From assembly GCF_009914755.1 (NCBI RefSeq), contig NC_060928.1: a stretch of DNA of 64,000 nt. One strand, 5' to 3'. The notes beneath the pieces are model-generated. The model made no database searches and had not been told where the DNA came from. It saw only the letters and a list, made by a program, of their open reading frames with translations. The position numbers and the translations under genes were made by a program. The first letter of the stretch is position 1; the number at the start of each line of letters is the position of its first letter. This document shows positions 12,558 to 23,799 of this stretch, piece after piece. The DNA comes from the human T2T-CHM13v2.0 reference genome, Homo sapiens.

Positions 12558-14434
12558 TGAAACAAGACAGATGCATGTCAAGTAGTGGGAAATAGATCCC
12601 ACAAAAATTAGGATCTGCCATCCCTAGAAACGTCTAGAGAAACAGTGGACTGAAGAGTTTGGGATATCTCTTCCAAAGTTAAAAAAAACAGTTGCTGTGT
12701 CTTACATTTCCTACCACTAAAAAAGGGGACATACCTAGAGGGGGATTTTGGAGACATCAAATATCTCATTTGGGTGTGCTTCTTACATTCATTTATCAAA
12801 TAACTTCGAAAGGATGCCAGCTTTCTGTGTAGATCCTAGCACAAGAGACGTCTCTGCAACAGGTCCAGGCTGATGTGCAAGCTGCTGTACCACTTGGGCC
12901 CTAGGACCTAGCAGATCTTATGGTGCTTGAAGTGTCCATGGGCAATGGGATGATGTTAACAGCCCATAGCATGCATTTATAGGTAAATAACTGTGGAGAC
13001 TCTTATCATTTTGCAATAAGGCTATACCATCTTCTGCAGATATCAATTCTTGTTTTAAGAAATAGTTTCTGGTCTGTTACTGGGAACTAGTAAAGATTAA
13101 ATGCTAGACCATTAGTCATCAATTTTCTGTGCCACCTGAGGTACCCAACATGAAGTAGGTGTTGTCTTACCAAACCATGAAGTTGGGTATGCACAGCAAC
13201 ATCCCCTCATCAAATGGAAATGGTTAATATAAGATCCAGCCTGCACAGGTCATGAAGGCACAGGTAAGTTTCGTAAGCAAGTTGTACAAAAGCTCATGGT
13301 TCATACACCTTTTACATGGCCTCCTCTTTCTCAACTGCAGGTGTGGCCTCTTTGAGAGTTCCCTTTGATCATCGTTGAACAAGAAAATATTTGGGTCTGG
13401 TTTACCAAAGGACCTACAAGATTTTCTGGCACCACCATTCCCTGGAGGGGTCAGCCAGCTACATGTTGGCAGGATGATGGCACTGGACTATTTCCATCGT
13501 GGAAGGGGCAGCATTTTGTCCTCACTGGAACAGACACTTGGTTAGAATATGAATATGCTTTCACTGTACATATTTGTTCTGCTAAAACCACCAACTGTAT
13601 ATGCCTTATTCACTGTTATGATATTCCACGTAGCATTACTTCTGACCAAGGAACTCATCTCACAGCTAATGAAGTGTGGATAAGGAAGGGACTTTTGAAG
13701 ATTTTGTTATGTTCCCAAGTGGGGGACATCATCTTATAGGGCTGGTGTAGTGTCCTATGGATGTAGTACATATCCCAAATCAGCAACCAAAGTATAGTGC
13801 TGTTTCTCCCATAACATGATCAAGGAATGGGAATGAGATCAGCTGCTCTTAGTTTACCCTTTGTGATCCACTAACAGTATTTTTGCTTCTAGTCCTGGTG
13901 ACTTTGGGCTCTGCTGCTTTAGGGCATTTTACTTTTCCAGAAGAATAATGCTTCTGCCAGGAAACACAGTAACACTCCTGTTAAATTGGAAGTCGAGACT
14001 GCTCCCTGAGAACTGTGATGCCAGTAAATCAGCATGCAAATAAGTGGCTACTGGATTGGCTGAAGTGTTTGATGCTGACTATCAAGGGGGGAAACTGGGT
14101 TTCCAGCATAGAGTGGGCACGGGAGTAGGTGCTTTCTGGAATACCCTGGTCACCTTGGGTACTGCTTTTTATTCCCTTATCCTGTGGCAAAAGTTAATAT
14201 AAAACCATGGTAGCCCAATAAAGACAGGACTTCTCATGGCTGACACTTTAGGAATGGAGTTTTAATCACTCCACCAGGCATGGGATCACAGCAAGGTGAG
14301 GTGCTTGCTGAGGGCAAGGGAAATATGAAGTGGGCAGTGCAAGAAGGAAGTCATCAATACAAGCTATGACCATATGGCCAATAGCAGAAATGAGGACTTA
14401 ATATTTATGAGTATTTCTTTCTTAATTTTATATA

Positions 14435-15246
14435 CAGGCATGCTTCACTTAACGAGAGGGATATAGTCTAAGAATTGTATCATTAGGCAATTTTGTCATC
14501 ATACTTACATCTTGGAGTGTACTTACACAAACCTAGATGGTATAGCCTACTACACATCTAGGCTGTATGGCAGAACCCATTTCTCCTAGGCTGTAAACCT
14601 GCACAGCATGTTACCATACTGAGTACTGTAGGCAATTGAAGCACAATGGTGAGGATTTGTGCATCTAAGCTTATCTAAACATAGAAAAGGGACAGTAAAA
14701 ATTACAGTATAAAAGATGAAGAATGGTACATGTGCAAAGGGCACTCACCATGAATGGAGCTTGCGGGACTGGAAGTTGCTCTTGGTGAGTCAGTGAGTGA
14801 GCGGTGGATGAATGTGAAGGCCTAGGACATGACTATACAGTACTGTAGACTCTATAAACATGGTACACTTAGGCTACAATAGATTTACTTCAAAAAAATC
14901 TTTCTTCAATAAGAAATTAGCTTACTGTAGCTTATTTTTAGTTTATGAGCTTTTAAATTTTTAACTTTTTTACTCTTTTGTAATAACAATTACCTTAAAC
15001 ACATTGGATAGCTGTACAAGAATATCTTCTTTTTAATTTGCATTTAAAAGCTTTTATCTCTTTTTAATTTTTATTTTACTTTTTAAATGTTTCGTTAAAA
15101 ATGAAGACACAAATACACACATTAGTTTAGGCCTGCACAAAATCAGGATCATCAAGAAATCACTGGCAATAGGAATTTTTTGGCTTCATTATATTCTCAT
15201 GGGACCATCATCGTAGACTGAAACATCGTTACAAGGTGCATGACTG
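14435..15246 (-). mobile_element. Tigger3 (TcMar-Tigger) non-autonomous DNA transposon inserted in the ERVL 3' region
   Basis: Inverted termini caggcatgc...taacga and tcgttac...gtgcatgactg; TA target duplication at 14433-14434 and 15247-15248; internal cttacacaaacctagatggtatagcctactacac. Confidence 0.88.
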
Positions 15247-15514
15247 TATATGTGTGTATGTGTAAAAATTACTTAGTACCCCTCTTCTATTTTTCTATAA
15301 TCCAATATAAGGCATGTTAATAGTGGTTAATGTCATAGTTCAATATTTAAGTTACAGAATATCAGCGGGAGAGTGTGACTATAAGGCTGTTTCATAGAGA
15401 AAGTGTCTTTTTGGTTGTGCAAATTGTAGTTGCATCATGTTCTAACATGTTTACCTGGAAGTTAAATATGCTTAAAAGAAGTTTGTAAGGGTACCAAGTT
15501 GACAAGGAGTGGGC

Positions 15515-16186
15515 TGTCATATTTTCTTCTTTTGCTCAGTGTCAAATTAACTGAGCTAGAAATACATTTCTGAGAATGCCCTTCCTTCTATGGCTCCTGA
15601 TTAAAATTGGCCACAAGAGAAATTTGCACAAGTTTTGCAAGGTAAAAGTAAAGCAGCAGCCATTACACCTTGAAGGATGATGTAGGGTTCCAGGCATCCC
15701 TGAAGTTCATGCACATCGTCATGGAGCTGCTCAGCCAGTCCTGTGCCAAGGTGAGCTAGCAACTGAGCTTGTAGCCAGTAACTGGGTTTGTAGCTGTCTC
15801 AACTCCCATTGGATCTCATCCTTCAGCCCTTCCATGTCCTGTACTAGGCACATTTGCAGGTCTGTGGGAAAGGGCACCAGCTTTTTCTGTGTGTCACCCA
15901 TCCATGTCATCAAGGTTTGAGGTGGTGAGACAGGCATGGGTTCCACTTTTTCCTTGCAGATTCCAGTTGGTCCTTGATATATGCTAGTTCATGTCCAGCA
16001 TTTTTTCTTGACTGGCAGCCCTGATGACCTACAACAGCATCAAAACCATAAACCGATGTAGCAGCAACAGCTTTCCATAGACTTTTTCAAACAGTCTCAA
16101 AAATTATGCGTCATCTAGCTCCTATAACAAACCTGTACTTCCATATCACTCATAATGGTTCTGCTTTCTGAGTTCTAAGTGATATA
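15515..16186 (+). mobile_element. 3' LTR of the ancient ERVL (LTR53/MLT2F-like)
   Basis: Follows the PPT, begins TGT, ends ggttctgctttctgag...gtgatata immediately before the TSD. Confidence 0.82.
15681..15900 (-). pseudogene. Apolipoprotein A-IV-like coding fragment captured in the 3' LTR
   Basis: ORF 15731-15946(-) contains GDTQKKLVPFPTDLQMCLVQDMEGLKDEIQWELRQLQTQLL, 23/41 identical by hand and ungapped to recalled APOA4 [41 protein letters not shown]; further downstream DDVHELQGCLEPY vs [13 protein letters not shown]. Confidence 0.82.
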
Positions 16187-17339
16187 GTAACTGAGGACAT
16201 AATGATCTCTTTTTAGGAAAAATTACAGTGTATACAACCATTATTAAGAGTCATTTTTAATTTATAATAATTGTTGCTTTAAGCAAGGTCTCCTAAGTTT
16301 ATGTGTTCCTTATGACCTCAGCAGGAGATAATTTTTGTTTTTGTTTCAAATGCTTACAGTTTCGCTTAAGGATCTTTCTTTAGTGTTTTAATAGAATCAT
16401 CATTCTCAGGATACTGTAGTATCTTCCTTATAGTTTAAATGGAGCAAAAAATAAACAAACGAGGTTTTAATTAACGAATGTGCTAGTAGATATTCTATAT
16501 TTACACACACTAGTTTCAGTTCTATCTTGAGTATGAGTTTGTGTGTGTAAAAAAGATAAAGAGAGAGAAAATAATCTCTGTAATAAAAAACAGAGAATGG
16601 GGGAAAAACCAGAAATTTCTTTCCTTACAATATTTAAGGATAGGCTTTCAAGATTTTAGCTGTATCCAAATACTTATTCTTAAAATAATCCTGCTATCTT
16701 GGGCATAACCTTCAAATTTGAAGATTCTAAAAGGTTCATAGGTGGAATAAATTCTCTTTTCAAAAGAGACCCACCTTCAATGAAGAGGGCTGCTTACCCA
16801 TATATAATTGAACATCGGTTTCTCCCCTAATGATGACCAGATTCTCAGAAATCGGGCTACATTTTTTTAACAGTCAGCTGGGATCATAGGGAGTTAATAA
16901 TTGCCATCACCAGCTCCACTGAATCAGAGGTTAGAACCAATTAGAGAGTAAGTAAATGGAGAGTTAAAATGTCAGCTTTTTCTTTTTTTAACTGATGAAG
17001 GCAGGCTGGATAAGGTGGAGTTTTTAAAAAGTGTGTGGGAGGATAAGTGTCAAGATGAACTTGCTAATATTTTACCTATAAAATGGACAGACTCACCCAC
17101 ACAGTCACAAATAGCTGGGGATAACAGCAGGCTCTGCTAAGGTAACTGCATAACAGTCCATATCTTCCCAGAAAAAGAATCATTTTTTGCTTGCTGCTTT
17201 GCTATGCAATTAGGAACTCATTGTGTACAATCAAACTCTCTTCTCATCCTTACCAAGCAGCTCCTTTGGTGATGTGACCCAGACCCTCATGTCTGAGAGG
17301 GCTGAGCTCCTGGTCACAATTATCTTCCTGTCATTCCAG

Positions 17340-17525
17340 TGTTTGATGTTATTTTATGTGGCATTGCCTTATTCTCTGTGTATATACGGCACTTCTCTAA
17401 CTTGGTTGTAAATTGTTTATAAGTTCATGTTTCATGCTTGCATTCTGAATCATTGCCCTTACCATACAGAATGCCAGGCACATAATAGTTGCTCAAATTA
17501 AAAAATATATCAAATACATAAATGA
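17340..17525 (+). mobile_element. L2 3'-end fragment
   Basis: cagaatgccaggcacataatagttgctcaa...aaatacataaatga. Confidence 0.55.
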
Positions 17526-17537
17526 TTGCTAGGTGCA

Positions 17538-18002
17538 TGTTGTAGGTCATGCAGGTCAGCAGGTCATCTTTCCAGGGAAGTAGACTCTGAAATAGAGATT
17601 AATGTGCAGAAATTAGGAACTACGTGTAGGATCAAGCGCTGTGGCAGAAGAAAAGAAGACAAGATGGGGCAGAGGGAGGAGCTGGGCTATGTTGACATTT
17701 CAGCAAAGCTCTTCGTTAAACCCATATAGGGCTCTACATCTGGGATGGCCCTTCAATGTTATTCCCGGTTTAAGAGAGTCAGCTGAGCTTTATACCACAG
17801 TGTCGGCCATTCATACCATTCATTGGCTACAGGCTTCTCCCAGGGAGGAGTGTGGCCTTGGCAAGGTAGCTCCCCAGGTGAGTGTAATTCCTGTGAGGCT
17901 GGCAGCTGGGATCTGTCATCCCACAGCACTCCCAGAAGCATAAGGATTATGTCCCTTAGTACTAAAGGGAGATCAAAGTGGTGCATCAGAGCGCCCACTA
18001 CG
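17538..18002 (-). mobile_element. LTR16 (A/C-like) 3' LTR of an ERVL-class provirus
   Basis: gggcagagggaggagctgggct, gatggcccttca, cattggctacagg, gccttggcaaggtagctc, cacagcactcccagaagc; followed by the reverse-complement PPT gaccacccctt. Confidence 0.8.
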
Positions 18003-19263
18003 GACCACCCCTTATGATGTCCCGATCCAATTCTTTGTGTAGACTCTGAGAGCAGCAAATTCTGGTGGACCTCTTGTCCTGGGAGAACCTTAGATGAAGG
18101 CGAGTGGGACAAACAGCTTCTCAACACCTGAGCTGAACTTGTAGCCACAACTGTCACTCATCAGCTTTTCCCTCTACTATCCATTCTGCATGCTGCTCAT
18201 TCTCAGCTAGCACAACTTCCATTCTCGGGTGGCTCTGAAACAGACCTTCGGGGTCTTAGGAATCTGAGCCCATAACCATCATGCCCTTCTCAGGCCATGG
18301 CATATCATTTGTTCATGAATCACAAAAACTGAGTGAGCATAAGTAGACACATCAAAAGGAATCACCTGGGTGCCAACCCTATTCCACTATGCCCCCACTG
18401 TGTAACAGGATTTCTACTTTCTCCTGATGGTTAGGGCCAATTACTCTTTCCAGAAATGGTGACTTGTCTTCTTGGCTGTGGTCTGTTGGCATGGAGGGCC
18501 GTAAGTGTGTGGGCAATGGCTGTAACTTAAGGTTCAACGGGACTTCTGCTGTGTCCCTAGGTGGATGTGTTCTTTGAGAACCAGGACCTCTATCCCCACA
18601 GTATCTAGAGTTGGGGGAGGGGCAGCTCAGATCCACGTAGTGGGTCACTTGGAGGGATGTTAAGTGGGGTCTCTCACACTTCCATCTCATGCATCTTTTC
18701 TCACACCATGTGTCTCCTATTTGATCGTATCTGCTGGGAAATAAGGTCATAAATTCAGCTTGGACCTGCTGCAGAACCCTTTCCAGCTGTGTCCTATTCA
18801 AAGCTGTCAGACTTTCCTTACATCTGATATCTAGGCTGGAGAACTATGCCCAGGTGTGGAACATGCTCCCTCTTAACACCTGAAGACATCCACCAGCTGT
18901 TGTGCATTCTTCTCTGTGGTAGGGCACATGAGATGCAATAATTTGAATTTGTCTTTTACTTTAGAAGGCATATCCTGGCATGCCCCAGACCACTGGACTT
19001 TTAAAAAGTTTACTGCTGTGTCAGACCCTAACTCTTCCTAAGAAGGGGCTCCTCTTTCTGTAGTTTCTATGTATTATTAAAGCCTCCAAAGCACTTGCAA
19101 ACTTCTTGTGTATCTGGTTTAATTAGTATAAAATCATCAATGTAGTTGATCAAAGTGATCTGTCTGATAACATGACAGAAGTCAAGATAGATATCATAGT
19201 CTTGGGCAAGACTATTCACTCTTGATCCTTCTGAGTGAACATGAATTGATTCTGATTCCCCTT

Positions 19264-19608
19264 TGTCATGCTCAGGGTCAGGTTCCGTCCCCAGCTGAGG
19301 GCTGAGGGGAGTGGCTGGTCGTGGGACAGGGAGCTGGAAGAACATTCGAGAGACAGCAGGTAGATGAGACATGGCTTTATTCAGCAGCCTTTTCACAGGA
19401 TCAGTGTTACATTTCTACACTATACAAACAATAGTGGCTGAGAGCCAGGTGGGGAACTTCTCTATGTTATGTCTACATGGCTATGATTATATAAGACATG
19501 GGACTGTGCGCCTGTGTCACAAACCTGCTGAGTCATCCAGGCTGTTTACCTCAGCCTATGCCTGCTGCCCTATGCCTGCTTGGCTGCAGCACAACCATGT
19601 TCCTTACA
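19264..19608 (-). mobile_element. LTR18 (B/C-like) solo LTR inserted into the HERV16-like RT
   Basis: TG...CA termini; perfect 5-bp TSD CCCTT at 19259-19263 and 19609-19613; reverse strand starts tgtaaggaacatgg and carries the polyA signal gctgaataaagccatgtctc. Confidence 0.88.
19526..19536. promoter_or_regulatory. Perfect NF-E2/NRF2-sMAF (ARE) motif containing an AP-1 core
   Basis: TGCTGAGTCAT inside LTR18; motif match only, activity unknown. Confidence 0.45.
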
Positions 19609-22424
19609 CCCTTTCTGATAAAAATGGAGAGTGATAAATTTATAAGATTTGAAGTTACCTGCATGAGCAAAGCCATGCTAATCTGCCCTAGCAGGGATAG
19701 TGCATCTAGCACAGAATCTTGGGGCCAATGTTTGGGTGAGGTTGTAGTGGTCTAGTATCCTCTTCTAGGAAACGTTTCACTTTTGTAGGGAGCAGACTGA
19801 TAAATTTGTTGGAGATATATTAAGGGCTATATCTTCTGCATCTTTTAGGTGGTTAAGAATGACGCTAATCTCTGCCCATTCACCAGGAATGTGGTCTTGT
19901 TTTTGACTATTTTGACTGAGTCTTCTTGGTTTCCACTTGATTTTCTATAGAATGATATCTCTTACCCACAGTCCAATCAACCAAGGTTGGGAGTAGGGTG
20001 GGCAAACTACCACTTATATCCAATCAATCATATTTTACTAATGAAATGGTTGATGGTGGGTCTGTGAACCTATTGGATTTTTGTAAGCTGGATCTCAGCC
20101 AGGATTATAATTTATTACCTGAGTTCTACCCACTCTGAGTGCCCTTACTCTAACAGGGAGGCCCCGATGTTCGGATGATCAAGTATCAGTGCCTAATGTA
20201 TTCAATTGTTCTCAAAATTCTCTTTCCACAGTTTATAATTACCTAAGTAAAGGACATCTAAGCTGCATCTAATCAAGAAATGAATCAGGGTAATTTTTAC
20301 CATAGGCATTTGCCATAGTATTGCAGGTCTGTTCCCTCTGGAAAACTCACCTCTCTTTAAGTCAGTGGGTTCTGTGTTGCAAAACTGGGGTAAATGTGGA
20401 AAATGGACAGGGCTTGTGACTTTTTATTGTAGTAGTGGCCCTCAGTCTCTTGATTATCTTTTCCTGAACTATTTTGTTTGTAGATTTTACATCACTGCAG
20501 GCTATACATTTATTTTGCCCCTGAGAATACCATGTTCTATTAATCATCTTTATAGCTTTCCATGGATCAAGTCCCTGAATGCTACTCTGCCTTTGCCACT
20601 TCATTTGATAATTGGGCCCGTCTTGCCTCCTATGGTTAAATGGTGGCCACTTTGGATAGATGGAAGGAGGAAGCCTATCATCCACATAGCCATTATTGAG
20701 TCCAGTTCCACAACAGCATCTCCTACTATCAGCCTTAATTTACAGGAGAATGCCTCTTCTGAACTTCTCAGTGATGTGGGTACCCATCTCACTCACTTTG
20801 GTAATTGCCATGCCCTCCAGGCCTTCCCATAGGATGTATTCATCTGGTGTATTTCCTAGACTTACACAGTATATATGTTCTTGCATGCCAACTTTCCTAA
20901 CCCTTTTGCTCCCTACTTTTACTGCCTGCCATGATATTTCTGGCATTTCAAGTTCATTTCATTTAGGTCACTGCTTTCTCCAAGTTTCACAAGCTATCCC
21001 AGCAGAACATTTATACTTTGTCCAAGATTCTTGCCAGGGTATCACATCCTATATCCTTGGAGAGGGCTTTAATAGTAAATGCTCTCTTGTCCTTTTTTAT
21101 ATTCTATCCCACCTCTCCTTAATCAAATACCTTTAGAATCCAGGCATGTAGTACTCCCCAGTTTCCTTCTGGTGCAAATTGACTCCATGTGTGCATATTC
21201 ACTTTCCTTCCTTGGCAAGCCCAACACTTCTCTAGTTGTCTTATGCTGCACCTTAACGCTATGTGTTGGCCTGGAGCCAAGGGGAGTACATAGTGGCAGA
21301 TCCTGAGAGGGGCGCCTCTTGTCTTGTAGTGAAGGGGTCTCTGCATTGTCTGCAAGTGATGAGAAAAGTATGGAGTCTTTATAGGGAGGCGTGAGCTACT
21401 TACGCAGGCTCAGAGGGCTTAATAGAATTAGGAGATTTGAGATATTTTAGTTCATCACCCCAAATGTCCCCATCCCATGTTTCTAGGTCCCATTCTTTCC
21501 CATTAGGCCTCTACCCTTAGCATAGAGGACCTGACTAGGTTGAGAATTTACCAACTTTGGAACCTGCTTGGTCCTCAGCTTTCTTTATCTTTGCTCTAGA
21601 AAATGAAAGCCTTTATATGCTGCCTTGGAGGCCCTCTAGTGTTCACACTTAGCTTGTAATTGATGAGTAATCACCTTTAGCCTTTGTCATCTTTCACCAG
21701 AACATTAATTGTCCCCAGCAGTTGCCATTCAATTCTATTATCTTTATCATTACCATTTCCCCATTTCTTTTCTGAAAGACTTGACACATTGCACCTGCAC
21801 CTGCCTGTGCACTTTCCTCCACAGCTGTACCATTCCAGTTCACCTTTAGTGAAAGGTTTAACAATTGCCATGTTACCTTACACCAATAGCTATTCCTAAT
21901 CCCGTTATTGGGTATTCATTGCCAGCCAGCTGATGAGTGATCTAGCTCCAAAATCCCATCTCACCATCTGTGCCTTTCCTTAACTGAAGGCAATTCCTGT
22001 GCTTTTTCCTTCCTAGGATAATTGAAAACTTTCCTAATTGTGGACACAGTGATAATAATTTTTTTATTCTTGATAATTCCCTGTTAAACATCTGACTGTC
22101 AGGGTATATGCTATGCACTAGGCACAAGGTGAACCAAATGGAGAGTGAACAGGTTTTCCCTCCTCAAGGAGCTTGCACGTTGACTCTCCTTCCTTCTGCT
22201 GTAATTCGATGATTTAGAACAAGTGAAAGATTTGTACTTTTTGTATGTCTAAGATGAACATCATGCAGTATTGAATCTTGTTTCTGAAACCTGAGATTAA
22301 TTTAAATATGAGACACTCTCCTTTCATCTAGTTACATGGAGTCATGCAAACATAAAATATATAATAGCAAGATGGCTGGAGCCTGATTCATTTCTTGATT
22401 AGATGAAGCTTAGATGCAGGAAAG

Positions 22425-22555
22425 AAAAGGTTTTGTATTCAGATCCCCTGAGTTCAAGTTTTGCTTTTACTAATTACTGGTCAGGCAAGTCACTTGATCC
22501 TTCTAAATTATTCTTCTGTAATCAGATTATCTGTGTTGCACAGAGGTATGTCAAC
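22425..22555 (+). mobile_element. MIR fragment
   Basis: cagatcccctgagttcaagttttgct...ggcaagtcacttgatccttct. Confidence 0.55.
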
Positions 22556-22574
22556 ATGAAAAAGCACATTTTCA

Positions 22575-23022
22575 AATGTTTTTTTCAGTGTGGTCCAAGG
22601 ATCCCTTGGGAAGGGGTTTACTTTTGCATTAAGTATTTATAAACACAGATTTGTTTTATATACATTAATTAAAGTAACTTAAAAACAACAGATTGAATGT
22701 AGAAGAATCGAACTGTCTTCCATTCAATTAGTCATGAAAGAGTTCTGCAAAAGGGTGAAACAATACCATTATTCTCACTAGGCTTTTGTCTATTTTGGAA
22801 AGTATAGATTTTTAAAAATAAAAGTGTGTTGTTTATGTTAACATATAGTGGGTTTATTGTTATTTTAGGTGAACTAATAAATATGCATTTTAAATATGTA
22901 TCATTTCTGATTTCCAAGATGGCAAGTATTGATTGATATGAACCATGTAAACAAAGATTCTTTTGGGCTCTTAATATTTGCTAAGAGTGTAAAGGGGACC
23001 TGAGACCAAATAGCAAACACTC
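22575..23022. mobile_element. hAT-Charlie (Charlie1-like) DNA transposon remnant
   Basis: cagtgtggtccaaggatcccttggg...gtttatgttaacatatagtgggtttatt...aagagtgtaaaggggacctgagaccaaa. Confidence 0.7.
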
Positions 23023-23799
23023 TAATTTTGCCAGAAGTCTAAGATGACCAATTCTCTGTCTTTCAATATGCTATTAAAACACACACAAAAAGATAAATGC
23101 AAATGCTTAACCACAACTTAGATGAGAAATAAAGGATATGACCCTTCAAATACTGGATATTAGAAATTCTTAATATCCAAAGCTTGGATAAAATCTCTCA
23201 GACAGATATGTTGAACAGTGCAGGAAAATTGATCATTGATTTCTAGCCAAGCGCTCCTGCTGGAAACCCCAATTTCCCAGGCAAGGACATGAAACTGAGG
23301 AAGAGAATTCACCACCTACTTGCCTGGGAGGAACTTTACAAGGTAACCTATTGTTACCTCTCCTTTTTTACTATTAGAAGAAATACGTAGCAATTAAAGG
23401 CAGAATTACAGAATAATAGAGTCTTTACACGAAGGGATTGTAAGTCAAGCAGTCCGAATGGAAGAACCAGGGGCATAATCAATTCTGGAAATTAGTTTCT
23501 CATTTTCTGATTTGGGCAATTAAATCACTATACTTATGCTTGATTATCAAAGAATAAACTCTACAACTCCTGATTATTTAATGACGTGGCAGATGGTGTA
23601 GGAGACCTCCTTCCCTGTCCAACAGATCCATTCTAAATAAAAGACTGCCAATATTAGGGCTGGAGAATGTTAACTAGTTCTTAGCCCATTATATGAGAAG
23701 ATTCTGAAAGAATCAGGAGGTCAACATGGGGAACCCTGAATAACCCTTAGTAATCCATACCGGACTATGCTTCTTATAAATAAAGAAAAGAACATGTGA

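Larger units (their letters stand above)
10395..16186 (+). mobile_element. Ancient ERVL-class provirus (LTR53/MLT2F-like LTRs), internally deleted
   Basis: Perfect 5-bp TSD GTAAC at 10390-10394 and 16187-16191; homologous LTR starts at 10395 and 15515; PPT caagttgacaaggagtgggc before the 3' LTR; decayed gag, pro, RT (FTVLPQGYTNSSALCHN), IN (TSDQGTHLTA) and dUTPase that align by eye to the HERV-L at 29-36 kb. Confidence 0.88.
18003..21975 (-). mobile_element. HERV16/ERV3-16A3-like internal region (gag-pro-RT-dUTPase remnants); 5' LTR not found
   Basis: Minus-strand ORFs: [15 protein letters not shown] (RT YIDD), VPLNLKLQPLP...VIGPNHQEKVEILLHSGG (dUTPase), gag-like LIVGDAVVELDS and IEWQLLGTINVL. 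Confidence 0.82.

Noticed and set aside
15731-15946. Functional apolipoprotein mini-gene
   Set aside because: No signal peptide or exon structure; homology is lost mid-ORF, and the sister copy in the 5' LTR is frameshifted. Treated as a decayed captured fragment.
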